DNA of 64,000 nucleotides from Lama glama. Taxonomy: Eukaryota. Where the stretch lies: assembly GCA_028534125.1 (NCBI GenBank), contig CM052817.1:42596001-42660000 (forward strand), written 5' to 3'. Of this stretch, positions 39,647 to 53,714 are shown piece by piece. Both the position numbers and the translations under genes were made by a program. A model generated the notes under the pieces. That model was given only the letters and a program-made list of their open reading frames with translations. It was not told the origin of the DNA and searched no databases. Position 1 is the first letter of the stretch; the number at the start of each line of letters is the position of its first letter.

Positions 39647-40852
39647 AAATTAAAATCATTAGTTCTGTGAAAGACCCTACAAAGTGGATGAAAAGACAAG
39701 CTACAGACTTGGAGAGACTGTAAGCCACATATCCAGCAAATATATTACATTTAGAATATATAAAGAACCCACAAAACTCAAGAATAAAAAAGAAAAAACA
39801 AAAATTGAAAAAAATTCAGTTAGAAAATTGGTAAAAGATTTGACATTTCAACAGGATATTCTGATGACAAATAAACACATGAAAAGATGCTCAGCTTCAT
39901 TAGCTTTTAGCCACATGAAATTAAAACTATGATGAAATATCATTGGACATCTATAAGAAAAAACTAATATAAAAAATAATGACAACACCAAATTCTGGTG
40001 AAGATTTGAAAAATCTAGATTACTTATACATTGCTTGTGGAAATGTAAAATGGTAGACCCAGTCTGGAGGACAGTTTTAAAATTTGTTTTAAAAAAAAGC
40101 AAAAGCAAAACTAAACTAAACTTGCCATGGAACCCTAGCAATAGCACTCTTGGGTATTTATTCCAGAGAAATGAAAACCTATGTTCACACAAAAACCTGT
40201 ACGTAAATGTTCATAACTGATATATTTAGAATAGCCAAAAATTGGGAAAAACTTGGATGTCCTTCAAAAAGTTGATGGTTAAAAAAACTGGTTCACATCC
40301 ATACTGTGGAATACTATTTAGCAATAAAAAGGAATGAACTATTGATACAGTTTCAAAGAATCTCAAAGCAATTAGGCTAAATGGAAAAAAGTTAATCTCA
40401 AAAAGTTAGATATTACATGATTCCATTGTATAACCCTCTTGGAATAACAAAACTATAGACATGGAGAATAGATTACTGGTTGCCAAGAGTTGGGGGTTGG
40501 GGTGGGTGGGTAGGTCTAATGGACAGCAGGTGGAAGTCTTGTAGTGGGACAGTGATGTATCTTGTTTGTGGTTGCAGTTACCTGAATCTTCACATGTGAC
40601 AACATTGTATAGAACTACACACACTCACACATACATGCACATACTCACAAATGATTGCAGTGCAAAACTGGCAAAATCTAAGTAATCTCTGATTGTATCA
40701 ATGCCAGTTTCCTGGTTTTGAGATATTATATTCTAGTTATATAGGATGGTATAATTGGGGGAAACTGGGTGAAGGATCCACAGAATCTCTCTGCACAATT
40801 TTTTTTTTTTGCAATTTACTATGTATCCATAATTATTTCAATTTAAAAGTGT
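39647..40852 (+). mobile_element. L1MC-type ORF2 end plus 3' UTR inside the retrocopy
   Basis: 'aaattaaaatcattagttctgtgaaagaccc', 'aaatgaaaacctatgttcacacaaaaacctgtac', and the L1MC 3' UTR 'gggggaaactgggtgaaggatccacagaatctctctg'. Confidence 0.88.
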
Positions 40853-41310
40853 TTAAAGGCTTAAATAAATTTTAAATTATAGAAATGACAAGTTATAAAA
40901 ATAAAAGAATGCTTACATTTTAAAAAGAAAGAAAGAAAAGATGTTCCTTTACTGTTTATTGCTAACCCTTCTCCTTTTCTGGGCTGTGAGTCACATCCTA
41001 TGTACTCTCTCAAGTAATGTGCTCTATCAGTTATCCCCTCCTCTTCTCTCTTTCTTCTCCCTCTCTTCCCAGTGGTTCCTTCCCCTCATCTTGTAGACCT
41101 GCTCAGTTCTCTCCCATCCTTAGAAAGCCTTTCCTTTTTCCAGGCTCCCAACTTTCCCCTTCCTTTCTCAGTCGGGATTCTTAAGGTAGTTGTCTACAGA
41201 AAACTCCACTTGCTTATTTGACATTTGTTTCTCAACCACTGGGAACCAGTTTCTGCTCCTACTATTCCACTGAAACTCTTCTAAACACTTTCCTGGAAAA
41301 GGTCATCAAC

Positions 41311-41829
41311 TGTGGTAAACAGACTTGTAAGATGCCCCACCCTCAATGATCCCCACTTTCTGGTATTCATGCCCTTGTGTGATCCCCTTCCTCTAAGCAT
41401 GACATTCTTCTACCCAACAGAATGCTGCAAAGGTGATAGGATGTCACTTTTATAATTAGGTTTCAAAAGACTGTGCCTTCTGTCTTGCTAGCAAACTCTC
41501 TTTATTGCTTTTCTGGTTTCCATGATTTGATGAAATAAGCAGCAAACTTAAAGAGGCCCATGTGGCAAGGAACTGAGAGTGGCTTCTGGCTAACAGTCAA
41601 AAAGGAACTGAGATCCTCATTCCAACAACCCACGAGAAACTAAATCCTGCCAACAACCATGTGAGCTTAGAAGTGAAATATTCCCCAGTTGAGTTTTCAT
41701 ATGAAACCCAGTTCTGGCTGACAGTTTGACAGCAACCTTGCAAGACCCCACAAAGAAGATCCAGATAAGCAAAGTTCATATTCCTGAGTCACAAAAACTG
41801 TGAGAAAATAATTGGGTTGTTTTAAGCTG
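41311..41829 (+). mobile_element. MLT1E/F-type LTR, 3'-truncated
   Basis: 'tgtggtaaacagac...ggcccatgtggcaaggaactgag...aatcctgccaacaaccatgtgagcttagaag...gttgttttaagctg'. Confidence 0.85.
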
Positions 41830-43134
41830 ATTTTTCACTGTCAATTCTTTCTGCTTCTCTTTCTGCATCTCCAAACATCCTGAACTTTCTCCACTAAAGT
41901 CCCTTCTGTATACACAATCAATTGAGCTGAAGTTTAATTAAGAGTTTGTCTTCTGCTATCTTCTTCTCTTACTCTATGTCTTCTGTACTTAGGATCTCAA
42001 ACTCCTACTATTTGAACTAACATTTTCATTCTTAATACAAAACTGATGTATCTAATTGCTTACTAGACATCTCAGCTACACACTCAACATCTGCAAAATG
42101 TTATGCATTATTATCACCTGACAGCCTCTCTTCTTTAAGAACCATTACTGACTAGTCATCAAAAACTTGGCAGTTCTCTCTTAGATGCAAACTTTGTCCG
42201 TCATTCTTATTGCCTCTGTCCTAATTATGGTCCACATAACCTCTTGCCTGAATTTTTTCAATACCTCCTGACCAAATTTCTGCTTTCATAATTAGCCTCC
42301 TAATGTTATTCTACCAGAGAATGAATTATCTAAAAGACAAATCTGATCGTGTTACAGCACTGCCTGAAATTATTCAATGACTCCTAGCACCTACAGGTAA
42401 AAAAATAGTTTTCTGAAAAGAAAGATTCCCCTTGTATACTCTCTGGTTTTGTTTCTTCTAATTATCTTCTTCCCTCTACTCCTGTCCCCATGCCCTTGAC
42501 ACCATCAAATTATTCATGGTTGCCTGAACACAGTTTGTCATTTCAGGACCAAAAGTTCTCTCCACTCTAAGTTCCATTCCCCCCATACCCAAATGAAAAG
42601 CTCCTTAACCATCCATCTCTGCTATCATTTCTATTCAGTTTAGTTCAGGTAAGCAAATATGTACAGATCAAAGTTATAAGAACTTTGTCTTAGAAGAATT
42701 AGTCATCTAATAGAGTACTATAAAATCAAAAATTCCATGGCAGCACCATGCCCAGAATTCTGTGAGAAGGGCCATTAGCCCAGATAAAGGATTCAAGGAA
42801 GATGTTCTGGAAGAGGTTTGTCAAAAGTAAGACATGAATGAGTGAGATGATTTACATAGTACAACAAGTTTAATATTTAAATCTTTTCTCCCTATGTGTC
42901 TTTCTGGTCTATCTTCCAAAGATTAGTTGAGCATTCATTATATACTACATCCTCCTCCTTTAACATGCTTCCATTGTTATATTTTGTACTGTTGAGTGGT
43001 CTCCTTTTGTATGAATTAGTCTATTCTTTATTTGATGGTGAGCTTTTGAAAACTGGGACTAAATCTGAGTTATCCCTCTAGCTCCAGTGACCAGCATGAT
43101 TTTGGCCATTTTATAGGTGCTCAATTGCTTGTTC

Positions 43135-43238
43135 TTTTATTTAAAGTCAGGTTTATTGAGATATAATTTATATATAGTAAAATGAAATTTACATACAGTA
43201 AAATGCATGCAATTTAACTGTTCAATTCAATGAGTTTA
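43135..43238 (-). mobile_element. L1M 3' tail fragment, antisense
   Basis: 'ggtttattgagatataatttatatatagtaaaatg...ttcaattcaatgagttt'. Confidence 0.7.
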
Positions 43239-45589
43239 ATAGTTGCTTCTTGATTAAACTAATTTTGTATGCTTTCATTGTCTGTAATTTTATAGATAAT
43301 ATTCTATGCATCAAAGAGTAAGCCCCAATCACTCATATAGTTGCTTATGCATTGTACGGGTTCAATAAATAACTTCTAAACAAATAAAGAAGCCCACAAA
43401 ATGTTTCTATGCTATCACTTAAAAAAAAAAAGAGAGAGAGAGAGAGAAATAAAACTTTTTCTAAATCTGAAGTAAAAATTGCATCATTGTTACAGTATAC
43501 TGGAAACTTACCTTAAATACTCAAAAATAGTTTTCCTCTGTCCCAGAAGGTAGACTGGTCAAAAATATTTTAAAATTAAAACTAAACTTGTCATTTTAAT
43601 TTTATGTAATAATTCTTAAGCTGCTTCAGAATCAAAATATCACTTACTGTTTGCTAACCACAATTTTAGAAATTATTCACAAGTAGATAATTACCTGTGC
43701 CAAAAATCACCTACAAAAATTTGGGCTGAGATTTTGCCAACCAGTATGCCAATTAATTACCCTACAAGTTCTGGTTGGCCCTGGATCAAGTAAAGCCTCA
43801 TTGATATGCAAGGCCACTCCTATCAGAGAGAAGACAGAAAATAAAACAGTAAGACACTTAGATCAAGGAAAGCTGGTAAGATAAGAAAAGCTATTTAACA
43901 TCTCTTAGATTCTTACAAATTTCTAAAGCGTCGAGTCCCACCTGAATAGTCAGAATTGGCACACAGACTTATCTTGCAGATGGACCAGGCTAACATCATC
44001 TGAAAGGAAGGCAGAGACCATAGCTGCCACACAGGTGTTTGGTACCGGGTTTGCCCTCAAACAGAAGGCAGTCTTGGGTGATGGTAGTGGAAGGGAAAAA
44101 ACGAACTAGTGCCATAAATCATAATTTTTCAAAAGGATATGTGTGTCAATTTCCCATTCAAGATAAATGAACACTGGGAACTGCTACACTCTGAGGTTGA
44201 TGACTCTTTGATTTGCAACTCATTTTTGTTGTAATGGAAGTTCTGAGAAAAAATGGTATGGCATTTTGCTTTTATGTAATGTGTATCTGGGGCATGGGGG
44301 AAGACTGAAGTGGTTCATTTTGTCTGTTTCTCCTGCTATATCATCAAGTTCTCTAATTCTTAGATAGCAGTATGTTGACTTGTTCTATTCATGTTTTAAG
44401 ATTCGTTTTTACCAGAACCTTAACATCTAAGTGTTCCCTTGGTATTGTGAAAAGCATTTCATTTTAATACAATCACTGGAAACCAGAAATGATTTAATAA
44501 TTCTGGCTTTTACATCCAAGTTACTCTAGGATAAAAACTAGAGAGGATATTTAAATGGGTACAATTATATAGAAAACTCTTACACCCTATCCATTATAAT
44601 TAGATAGAAATCAATAGAAGGGAGGTTTATTTACGCATGCTACAATTTATTTTTAATAAGAAACAAGAATAAATAATTTTCTTTTATCAGCAAGTTATTC
44701 TAAAAATGTAGCTTTTGGAAATGTTACAGACTCCTCTACTAGACTGAAAGCTTCTAGAAGAAGAAAATTGCATCTCCAGTAATTTCACAGTGGTTGTCAC
44801 ATAATGGATGCTAAAAATGTGAAAGAATAAATGTTGTATAAGTGAATATTAGAACAAAAAGCAGTCTGTGCTTATATTGTACAAGAAAGTTAAATCGGTA
44901 ATGTACTGTGTAAATCAAAGATAAAGTTCAATATATTTTCTAATAATTATACTTTATCATCTGAAGATGTCCTTTACTTTATATTTTGCATAACTAAATG
45001 TCCTGTACAGGTGATTTTCTCATCACACACACACACAGAGTATGTGCCCCCAAGTTATATTCAAGTCACCTCTTTCTCACAAGACAGAAATCTGTTTGCA
45101 ATTTCAGGAAAAAAATACATTTCTTAGATTCCACAAATTACATCAAGGTTTCAAAGTTTGGGGAGCCAGATTTAATTAAGATGCCAGCTCAAATTTCCAT
45201 GGAATCCTTTATATCTTTTTCTTCTGTTTGAAGGAAACTTCTCCCAAACATACGACCTAGGAATAGGAATTCCACTCTGAGATGGTGACTGAAATCTATA
45301 TCCATTCCACATCTTGCTCCAGGGATATCTGCCTTTTTACTTTTTATATTAATTTTTAGAATACACAAAACTGTGCAGAATACACAAAATATTATATACT
45401 CTAAAGGAGGCATAAAGTAAAATCTTGTATGAAAATTTATAAAAATATATCCATAATACATAATGACATATGAATTAGTCACTGTCACATAAAGACAGAA
45501 TTATCAGGCAATTAGAGAAGGAAGAACACTCAGGACTAATTCTTTCACACAACTTAAGAGAACAAGAGCCAAAATCAAGGTACCTGTTA

Positions 45590-45870
45590 TTAGGAGTTTG
45601 GGATTAACAGATCCATACTACTATATATAAAGGAGGTAAACAACAAGGACCTACTATATATAGCACAGGGAACTATATTCAATATCTTATAATAACCTAT
45701 AACGAAAAAGAATATTAAAAGAATATATATTATAATATATATAATATATAATTATATGTATAACTGAATCAGGAGTTACAGATATATAACGGAATTACTT
45801 TGCAATACACCTGAAACTAACAAAGTACTGTAAATCAACTATACTTCAATAAAAAACAAAATAAAATAAT
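45590..45870 (+). mobile_element. Artiodactyl L1 3' end
   Basis: 'ggagtttgggattaacagatccatactactatatataaa...gtaaatcaactatacttcaataaaaaa'. Confidence 0.9.
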
Positions 45871-47264
45871 TTCCAAAAAATAGGCAGGTCAGTCCAAAGA
45901 CATACAAGAGTTAACGCTGAGAGAAATTAGAAGCTCATAAAGTAAGGCAGATACACAATGATCAAAAGGCTCTTAATCTCACGTGGCAGGATAATGAGGA
46001 AAATCACAGACAGAAGTATATTAGATCACGACAAAGCAAGCACCAGGATCAAAGCACTGGTAAGAAAAACACCGGAAGTTCAGTTCAAGAGTCTTCATGT
46101 GAGAAAGTAGCTAACCTGAATCACCAATGTAAGTAGACGACCACAGCTAGAGTGAGAAGGAGCAGTGACCACAGAGGCAGTCGAGACAGAAGCAGTAACT
46201 GACAGGCTGGGGCAGAAAACACTCACTTTGTTAACCAGGGAAGAAGAGGTGGCATAGGCTCAGAAAAACCCCTGCCCAAGGTGACACAGTGTGCCTGCTA
46301 AAGCTGAGAGGAGACCTTGCAGCATTCTGCCCAGAGATCACACTATCTCACTGGAATAACGCTTTCCCAATGAAGACTCTTTCTTTTTTTTTTATTTTAG
46401 AAAAAGTTGAAAGTCAGATTTCAATGAGAATTTCCTCATGACTAAGGACAACTGCCCTCCTCTCTCATAAATAGAAATGTGCAGTTAGGTGAAATGGGAC
46501 TGAGAATTCATTTGATGACAGTTTTAAGCACTGTTTCTTGAAATTGTTACTGTCTTCTGATGTAGTCTGAGCAAGATATATTGAAGCTATAAGCTCTGAC
46601 ACTTGGGTGATTAGCAGCTATTACAGGCTGTTTTGGAGCATTCATAGGGGATCTTATTTCACACAAAACAATCTGCAAAGAAAATCACTAATATGGATGA
46701 TCTATTACTGAATACCTCATCACCTGACAAAAAATAGCCTCATGCTGACATTTCTATTCAATGATTTATTTTAAAAGTTTCAAGATCCTTTAAAACCTAT
46801 TTCTTTCATATTTTGAAACACCAAAGACCAATGGAAGAAACAGACTCCAAAAAACAATCTGACTTCGAAATTAAATAATTTTACTTGGAATTTCCACTCT
46901 GTAGCAAAACAAAGTCCATAAAATCTAGTGACAAATGAGTAAATCACACACACATATCCTTTCTGTATAGTCTCTGCAAGCAATAGTGCTATTCAAAAAT
47001 AACATTCTTGTCCTGTAAAGTAGATGGAGGGGATTGTGGTGCAACCATTTTTAAATGTTAATTTTAAAATATTTTATTAAAAAATAAAAAATGACCATAT
47101 TGCTTTTTTTATTTCTAGAATTGCACAATTGATAACATTTAGGTAGCTCCCAAATGAGACCGTTTCTCCATCTTTCCTTCATTTTTCCCTTCTTCTCTAT
47201 AAGGTTCACCAATTCCTGAAATGATCCTATAGTAATTATGCTAAATAAGTAACCTTGGAAAGAA

Positions 47265-47440
47265 GTTTAGAATTCTACTCTGGGGTCAGGCTATCTGAGT
47301 TCAAAACTCAGCTCCACTAGTTAGCAACTTAAGAATTTGGGGAAAGTCACTTAACAGTTCTAAACTTACATGTGTTGTGAGTACTAAATAATAATCTTAA
47401 TCCTAATAATAATCCTAATACATGCTAACCATTATTATTA
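47265..47440 (+). mobile_element. MIR
   Basis: 'ctctggggtcaggctatctgagttcaaaactcagctccact...ggaaagtcacttaac'. Confidence 0.7.
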
Positions 47441-47577
47441 GCTACTGCGGGCTGGGGACAAATAGGGGTAGTTTAGGAATTTACCTACTAAGAAGTTTTA
47501 CATATTAAAAAAAAGCATGGAAACAAGTGCAAATGAAGTGGATGATGCAAAGACACCAGAGTAAAGTTCCTTAGATA

Positions 47578-48060
47578 TGTGGGGCTAATCTTGCAGATGA
47601 TATTGAAGCTCACGGGCACTGTTCCACAGTTCATTGCTTCAAACCCCTGACACTTGGCTCTCATTCTTGAGTTCCTCTATTGACACTAAGTCTTGACAGG
47701 TTACAGGACCCACAGCGATTTCATTCAGTGCAAATACAAAAGATAGGAATTTAGCATCCGGCAGAGCAAATTGATCGATTGGGAATAAAAACAGGTGGAC
47801 AAATTTTCCTCCCTTTCTTCCATTGAATATGCGGATGCAGGGCTTTGATAAACCTCCTAGAAGTCCTCTAAGACTAAGCAGTCAGCTTTTATGAAGTTAC
47901 GATCATCTTGGCAACACACTTCTATCTGCTCTTTCCCCTTCCTACTTCATGTCCATTTTCACCCACACCTGTTTATGTGAGAGTGTACTGACCAACAAAG
48001 TGTTAGCATAGAGCTTTTGACTCAGGTCCTATTTAATAGGAAACCCAGACAGTGAAGAAC
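47578..48060 (+). mobile_element. LTR16-family ERVL LTR
   Basis: 'caggtggacaaattttcctccctttc' and 3' end 'tgactcaggtcctatttaataggaaacccagac'. Confidence 0.6.
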
Positions 48061-48149
48061 AAGAGTGGCCCTATTGATAACCCTTGACATTAACTTGTGT
48101 TTAAATGGGATGAGATGAATTTACGAGATATGTAGTGACTACCAGACTT

Positions 48150-48590
48150 GTACTTCATAGGTTTGGCAGATTTTCTGTCTGAGGATGCTCTGCTGTCTTC
48201 TAAGAGACAGCATCTGCATCTGTGATTTTAAGTTCTTTTTTCTAGAATGATAGGAAGTCTTGATAGCCATGTGCACAGCAGATTGGAAGTGTCAAGGAAT
48301 TAACACTCCCACCAGCAACCTTCAACTAAAGACTCTTGGGAGTTGCTATGTAGCCACCTCAGCCCCCTTGTCCATGAGTGAACTAACTTTGAGGCTTGGG
48401 TTTTGTAGTCTTCCCAAGGCTGACTGTGGGATTAAGCCCCAAATGCCTACTGTGTTAGTTGACTTAAGAATGCATCCTTTATGTTTTACACATTTGCTTT
48501 CCTACAGGTATAACATGTACTTTCTCAGCAGGATCCCAGCACTCAATGTGGGTTTCAGGGTTTGTTTCTGGGAAAATCAAAACTAAGACA
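48150..48590 (+). mobile_element. LTR16C-like ERVL LTR
   Basis: 'cagattggaagtgtcaaggaattaacactccc...gtgggattaagcccc...cagggtttgtttctgggaaaatcaaaactaagaca'. Confidence 0.75.
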
Positions 48591-48599
48591 GGCAGTTTG

Positions 48600-50926
48600 G
48601 GGGAAATAATGATTATAAGGAATGTGTTTTGGGACTACTGCATTTGATGACATCAAATGTCTTGTTAAAAAAAAAAAACTACAGAACAGTTAACCATCAG
48701 TAAGGCACCTTGGGAAAGCCTGAGGGCATCTATGGTGGCTTGTCTCTTTCAGACTGGAGTTGATGGGGATGATACCATGGAAGCGGACTCTCTAATATCT
48801 AAATTCTTTATCATGATAACACTAGCAAAGACAGTGCTCAGTGGGTTCCTTTGACTTTTAATGTTGGCATAAACTACACATGGGAAAACTGACCCAATCC
48901 ATTTATTGGATAACTTGAAAGGCTGCCAGTTTCAAACAAGGTCAAGAGCAAAGAGGGCTTTTTATTTTGTGCAAGCTTTATTGCAAGCTGCCCTGTTTTT
49001 CAAACCATGTGATCTAGCATATCTACCAAGCTAGACGAATCCATGATGAATCGGTAGGAAGCTGAAATCTCTGGCAAGCCCCAACAGGAACACTGCAGCA
49101 CAAACATAAAGAGTTCTAGAGCAAGGCCATGCCTCCCATGGCAGAGAATTCTCCTTTTCACAAAGAGTTTCTGGCTTATTGATGGGTTTAAATAGAACGT
49201 GAGCACCTGAAAATGGGATACCAAAGACTGTGAAAAATGTAGCTGCCCATTATGACTGGGTATTATCAGATGCACCCAGTCATAGCAGAAATCCATGATA
49301 TAATAGGACTGATACATTCAGGACTGACCCTAGGCACATCCAGGTAGAATAAGCAATTCATAATTAGGTGCAGTGCAATAGGTCGCCCATTCTCCCACCT
49401 CTGTTGTTCCAGCACCTCTTCCTCAAATGATATCTGTATTTTCATTAAATGTTTCTGTGATAGAGAAGAGCCTGGTTCACAATTAGGCATCAGATATTTG
49501 CACTAGCTCAAAATGGACCACTGTTTCATTAAAACCCCACACAGAGGTGGTCCAAAGTCCAAGGTAAAAGGAAATTCTCCCGTTCTCCCATTCACCAGAG
49601 TTCTGAGTAGTGCATTTATTCATTTTATATGGAGAAAGAACTGGCTTGAAGCATATGAAGTTTATTCAGTTATTTCTGAAAACCCAGACTTCCATCATGG
49701 AGACCACTGCTAAGTCTTATATGGGACCATTTCTTGGGGATACAAGCCAACCACCTGTCAGGTCAATTCTATAAAGACCTCTTTCACCTGGTAAGGGGTA
49801 ATAATTTGTCTTCACTGGAATCAGGAAATACTCAGACATGAGTTTGTCTTTTCTGTCCACAGTACCTCATTCATAACTGCCATCTGAAGGCCTATAAAAC
49901 ATCTGATCAATCAACATCATATCTCACATAATGACCCCTTGGACCAAGGAATTAATGAGCTAAGGGATATGAGATCATGGTATCCACTGACTGCCATCTA
50001 GAAGATTCCAGTATCATATAATGGTGAAATAGCCTATTAATGGCTCAATTAAGGTATTGGTCCAGGGGCAACATGCTGCCAGTTAGGGTGCTGTCCTGCA
50101 GGATTTGGTTTATGCACTCTTGTAATGACCAATATATACTAGACACTAAAATATATGAGTATAAGAACAAAGAGATTGAAGTAGGATTGGTCCCATGTCA
50201 TTATTACTCCCATTGTCCCACTTGCAGTACTTGTGTTTCTTGCCCCCAAAGCTTAGGTACCATCTGCTTAGAGATTTGGGTTCCTGGGAATATTCCTCTG
50301 CTAAGAGTCACAGGAAGGGTTCCACTGAAATGGAAGCTTCAAGTTATTTTGGGCCTTCTGAGCTCCATATGCTGGTAGTAGACTGGCAGACAAAGAAAGG
50401 AATTACTGTACTGGTAGGGATAATCTACACTGGTTATCACAATAAGCTAGGATTGCTGCCTCACAATGGAGACAAGGAGGATTATGACCAAAATCTAAGT
50501 GGTTTCCAAACGTTTTGCTGTTTCATTGCCCAGTGATTAACAGAAAATGAGTCACTATAGTAGTCATAGCCAGGCAAAAGGTCAGAACTGAGAATACAAA
50601 TTTGGATTTACTCCCTGAGGCAAGCACTGAAGTGCTGGCCTGGGATAAGAAAACCTTAGATGGGCACTTGAAGAGGAAGGTAATAATACCAATTACGTAT
50701 TCAGAGTCAGAAGCAACAGTGGAAATAATAACTTGGTTTGCTAATCCTTCTTAAAATATTTTGAGGAGTCAAGAAATTACTACCTTCTTGAAGGTCTGGA
50801 TTACACACCAGGAGCTGGACCTGAAGGACTGGACTCAATCATGGAAAAAGGGAGGTCATCCTGACCCCAAGCAAGACTCAAGTATCTTCAGAGGTAAAGC
50901 AGATCTGAGTGGCTCAGGAAACAGAC
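48600..50926 (+). mobile_element. Decayed ERVL-class provirus internal region (pol, integrase and dUTPase remnants)
   Basis: RT/RNase H-like 'aaggctgccagtttcaaacaaggtcaagagc' and 'gagcctggttcaca'; integrase-like 'caagccaaccacctgtcaggtcaattctata'. ORFs 50040 and 50195 give dUTPase-like 'VPLKWKL' and 'KKGITVLVGIIYTGYHNKLGLLPHNG'. A probable 3' LTR fragment starts at ~50927. Confidence 0.75.
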
Positions 50927-52889
50927 TGTACCAGGCTCAGTCCCTCAGTTTGAATACTGGCCTTGCATTCTGGCAAGGGCAATCCTAAGACTGTTCCCAC
51001 AGTCTTGGAGTAAGACTGTTGTGGCTTCTGCCACAGTTATAAACTAAGGGACATGCCAGGGAGCTGATTCCTGTCTCTTCGTTTGCAGACACACACTTGT
51101 CTCTTATTCAGAACACAATAATATGCACTTAGGTATGTACATGCGTCAATGTCAATTTTTGTTTATTGGTTTGTTTTTACTCTGGGTTGCAGTTTACAAA
51201 AGTTTGAAAGCCATTCATCTGTCACACACTGTTCTCAACTGAAAGAGAAGTGTCAGAATCGTGGGGGACCATTTCAAGCTATACCTCCTCCCATGTACTT
51301 CCTGTCTCCTGCTTCATTCATCTGTTAAAATTCTTGTTATTGCACTTGATAATTGCAGATTGCGATAATGCAGGCTGAGGTGGCTTCTGTTAAGACATAT
51401 AAATGAAAATAATTGTGCTAGAGTTTAATTTTAATTTTTTTTTCAAAATGTTGTTCAAGGTGGTTTCATGTTGCTTCTATAACAGGCATGGGGACAAAAA
51501 GTTAAAGGAAGAGTGATAAACAGTGCTGAGAGAGAAGACACAAAGACAGCACGATCCACATGTTATAAGTCAGAAGCTGGAGTTGCTTTATGGAATTGAA
51601 GCTATGACCCCAAAACATAACTTCCAATGGGGACAGGCTCAGGAAGAAATGAGCTAGGGAAGGCACTGCTCTGTCATTTCTGCCTCCTTTGCCCCAGATT
51701 CTTATGACCTCTGCTCTATCACTTCCTCCCTGGAGTCCTCCTTCCTACAAATGAGAACAGTTCAGATACCTCACAAAAACCATATATTTGACTTTTACTC
51801 TTATCCCTCCCATCCTCCTCTCCTTTCTTCCTTTCCTCTTTCCTTCCCAGTTCTTTCCATTGAATGAAAACAAAAAAGCATATTTACTACTGACTTACTA
51901 ATACATAATTTATTTCCAATATGTCCTTTCTCCACTGGTATATTCTTAAAGAGAGAAGGAGAGGGACAGGGACAAAACAAAGGATTCAAGAGCAAACAAA
52001 AAACAGGCACCATCCATGCCACTTCCCTTCCGGGAATGTTGAGGGGCAAAGGCTGCTTCCCTTTCAAGGTCATTTAATGTTTGTTTTCATTGGCTTGCAG
52101 CATGATAGCCTCCTGCTCCCCGATGCTTTTTTAAGTTTAAATTAGTTTCCAATAAAGATGCTCCTGCACCTTGCAGGAGAAAAGCATTGTTTTTAATACA
52201 CTGGTAACTAATGCCGCCGGTCCTTGGGGAGTTTCAAAGGACCTCGAAGGCGAGAGTTCTCTACCCGGGAGCAAAGAAGCCATTACAGCTTGTACTGGAA
52301 GATTTAATAGGTGTCATAATTTATCATGTAAACTGAAAAGTGTTTCTTAATTAAGTGCGTACGTTAATGAATTTTTTAATTTGATCCCTGTAAGTACCTT
52401 GCTATACTAATTGCAATATTCTACACATTAGTCATCCGCTGTTGCCCTTGGCTATTTTCTACCCTGAGAGGAAAAGAAAGAGAGCTTTTCAGTTAAAGTT
52501 CATTTAACTCTTTCCACCCAACAAATTAGATTTGGTCTCACTCACACTGGAGTGACAGCTGTGGTTCAATTTCAGAGTTTTCAGAGTGCTTGTATGTAGG
52601 AACCAGTTTAAAAAAATTCTGTTGTTTTTCAAATAATAGGAAGCAGGGGTAGCTGCTCAGAAACTGAGGCCCTGTCCTTTATCGAGGGGACACTCTTTTT
52701 GGTTCTCCAGAGACTGAAGAGGTTTACATGAGCTAAGGTGAACAGAGAGGGCCACATTTTCATCTGTTTTGCTGTGCATTCTCTACAGTGTGATTAATGA
52801 AGGACTGGAATTTGTACAATACTTCCCAAACTCAGAGAAATTGAGGGAAAAAATAAAACTTGGGCATATCTACTTAACTGGATATTAAT

Positions 52890-53155
52890 CAATGATGAAT
52901 GAAGTACTATTTGTAATAATAAGGAAAGTGCTTATAATATAATGTGAAGTCCAAAAGCACAATGTAACATGGTACAATATTATTACAGATATAAAAAACA
53001 AAACTATGTTTACAGGGAAAAATATTTGGCAAATGATATGCTCAGTTATTATAGTGATTGTCTCCTAGTGACATGGTTATGGCTTATTAACTTTTTTCTT
53101 CTTCTATATTTCTGTATTTTCCAAATGTAATGCTCATGTGTTTTCTAAAATAGGG
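52890..53155 (+). mobile_element. L1ME-type 3' UTR
   Basis: 'gtgcttataatataatgtgaag...agtgattgtctcctag...tatttctgtattttccaaat'. Confidence 0.6.
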
Positions 53156-53714
53156 AAGACCTCTATTTTCAAAGAACTGGTATAATATTATCGTGTGAGA
53201 GGACTTTAGGGTTCAGACTTTGTTTTAGTGAAAAATGCTCTTGATTTAAATAGATATTATATAGCTTTTTAATTTTTTTATGTTCAAATTTATTCAAAGT
53301 TGAGAGAAAACCTTTAGTTATAAGTTGTTACAAATCTTCAACACTTGGTTTTTCTCTTTAAATGAAACTACTGGATTATTCAGGAGGAAATAACCACACT
53401 GTAACAAATTTTATTTGGTTTTCTAGTACGTAGAGACACACTCTTCTCTTTGTGCTATCTACAATAGCTGACTTACAAGACTGAGCTGCATAAGGCCATC
53501 AACACATTAAGAATATTAAGCAAAATGTCATTTAATTAACACAGGTACCAATGCCTTACTTTTTACACATTTATAGTTTACAAAGAAGTCTTGTACTCAG
53601 GAAACCTCAGCTTGAATTCTAGCATATATGTTTAGTTATGGGATTTTTATAAAAGACATTTAAACTGCAACTCTGATAATATGTCACATGAATAAAACTG
53701 CCACATGAAATGGA

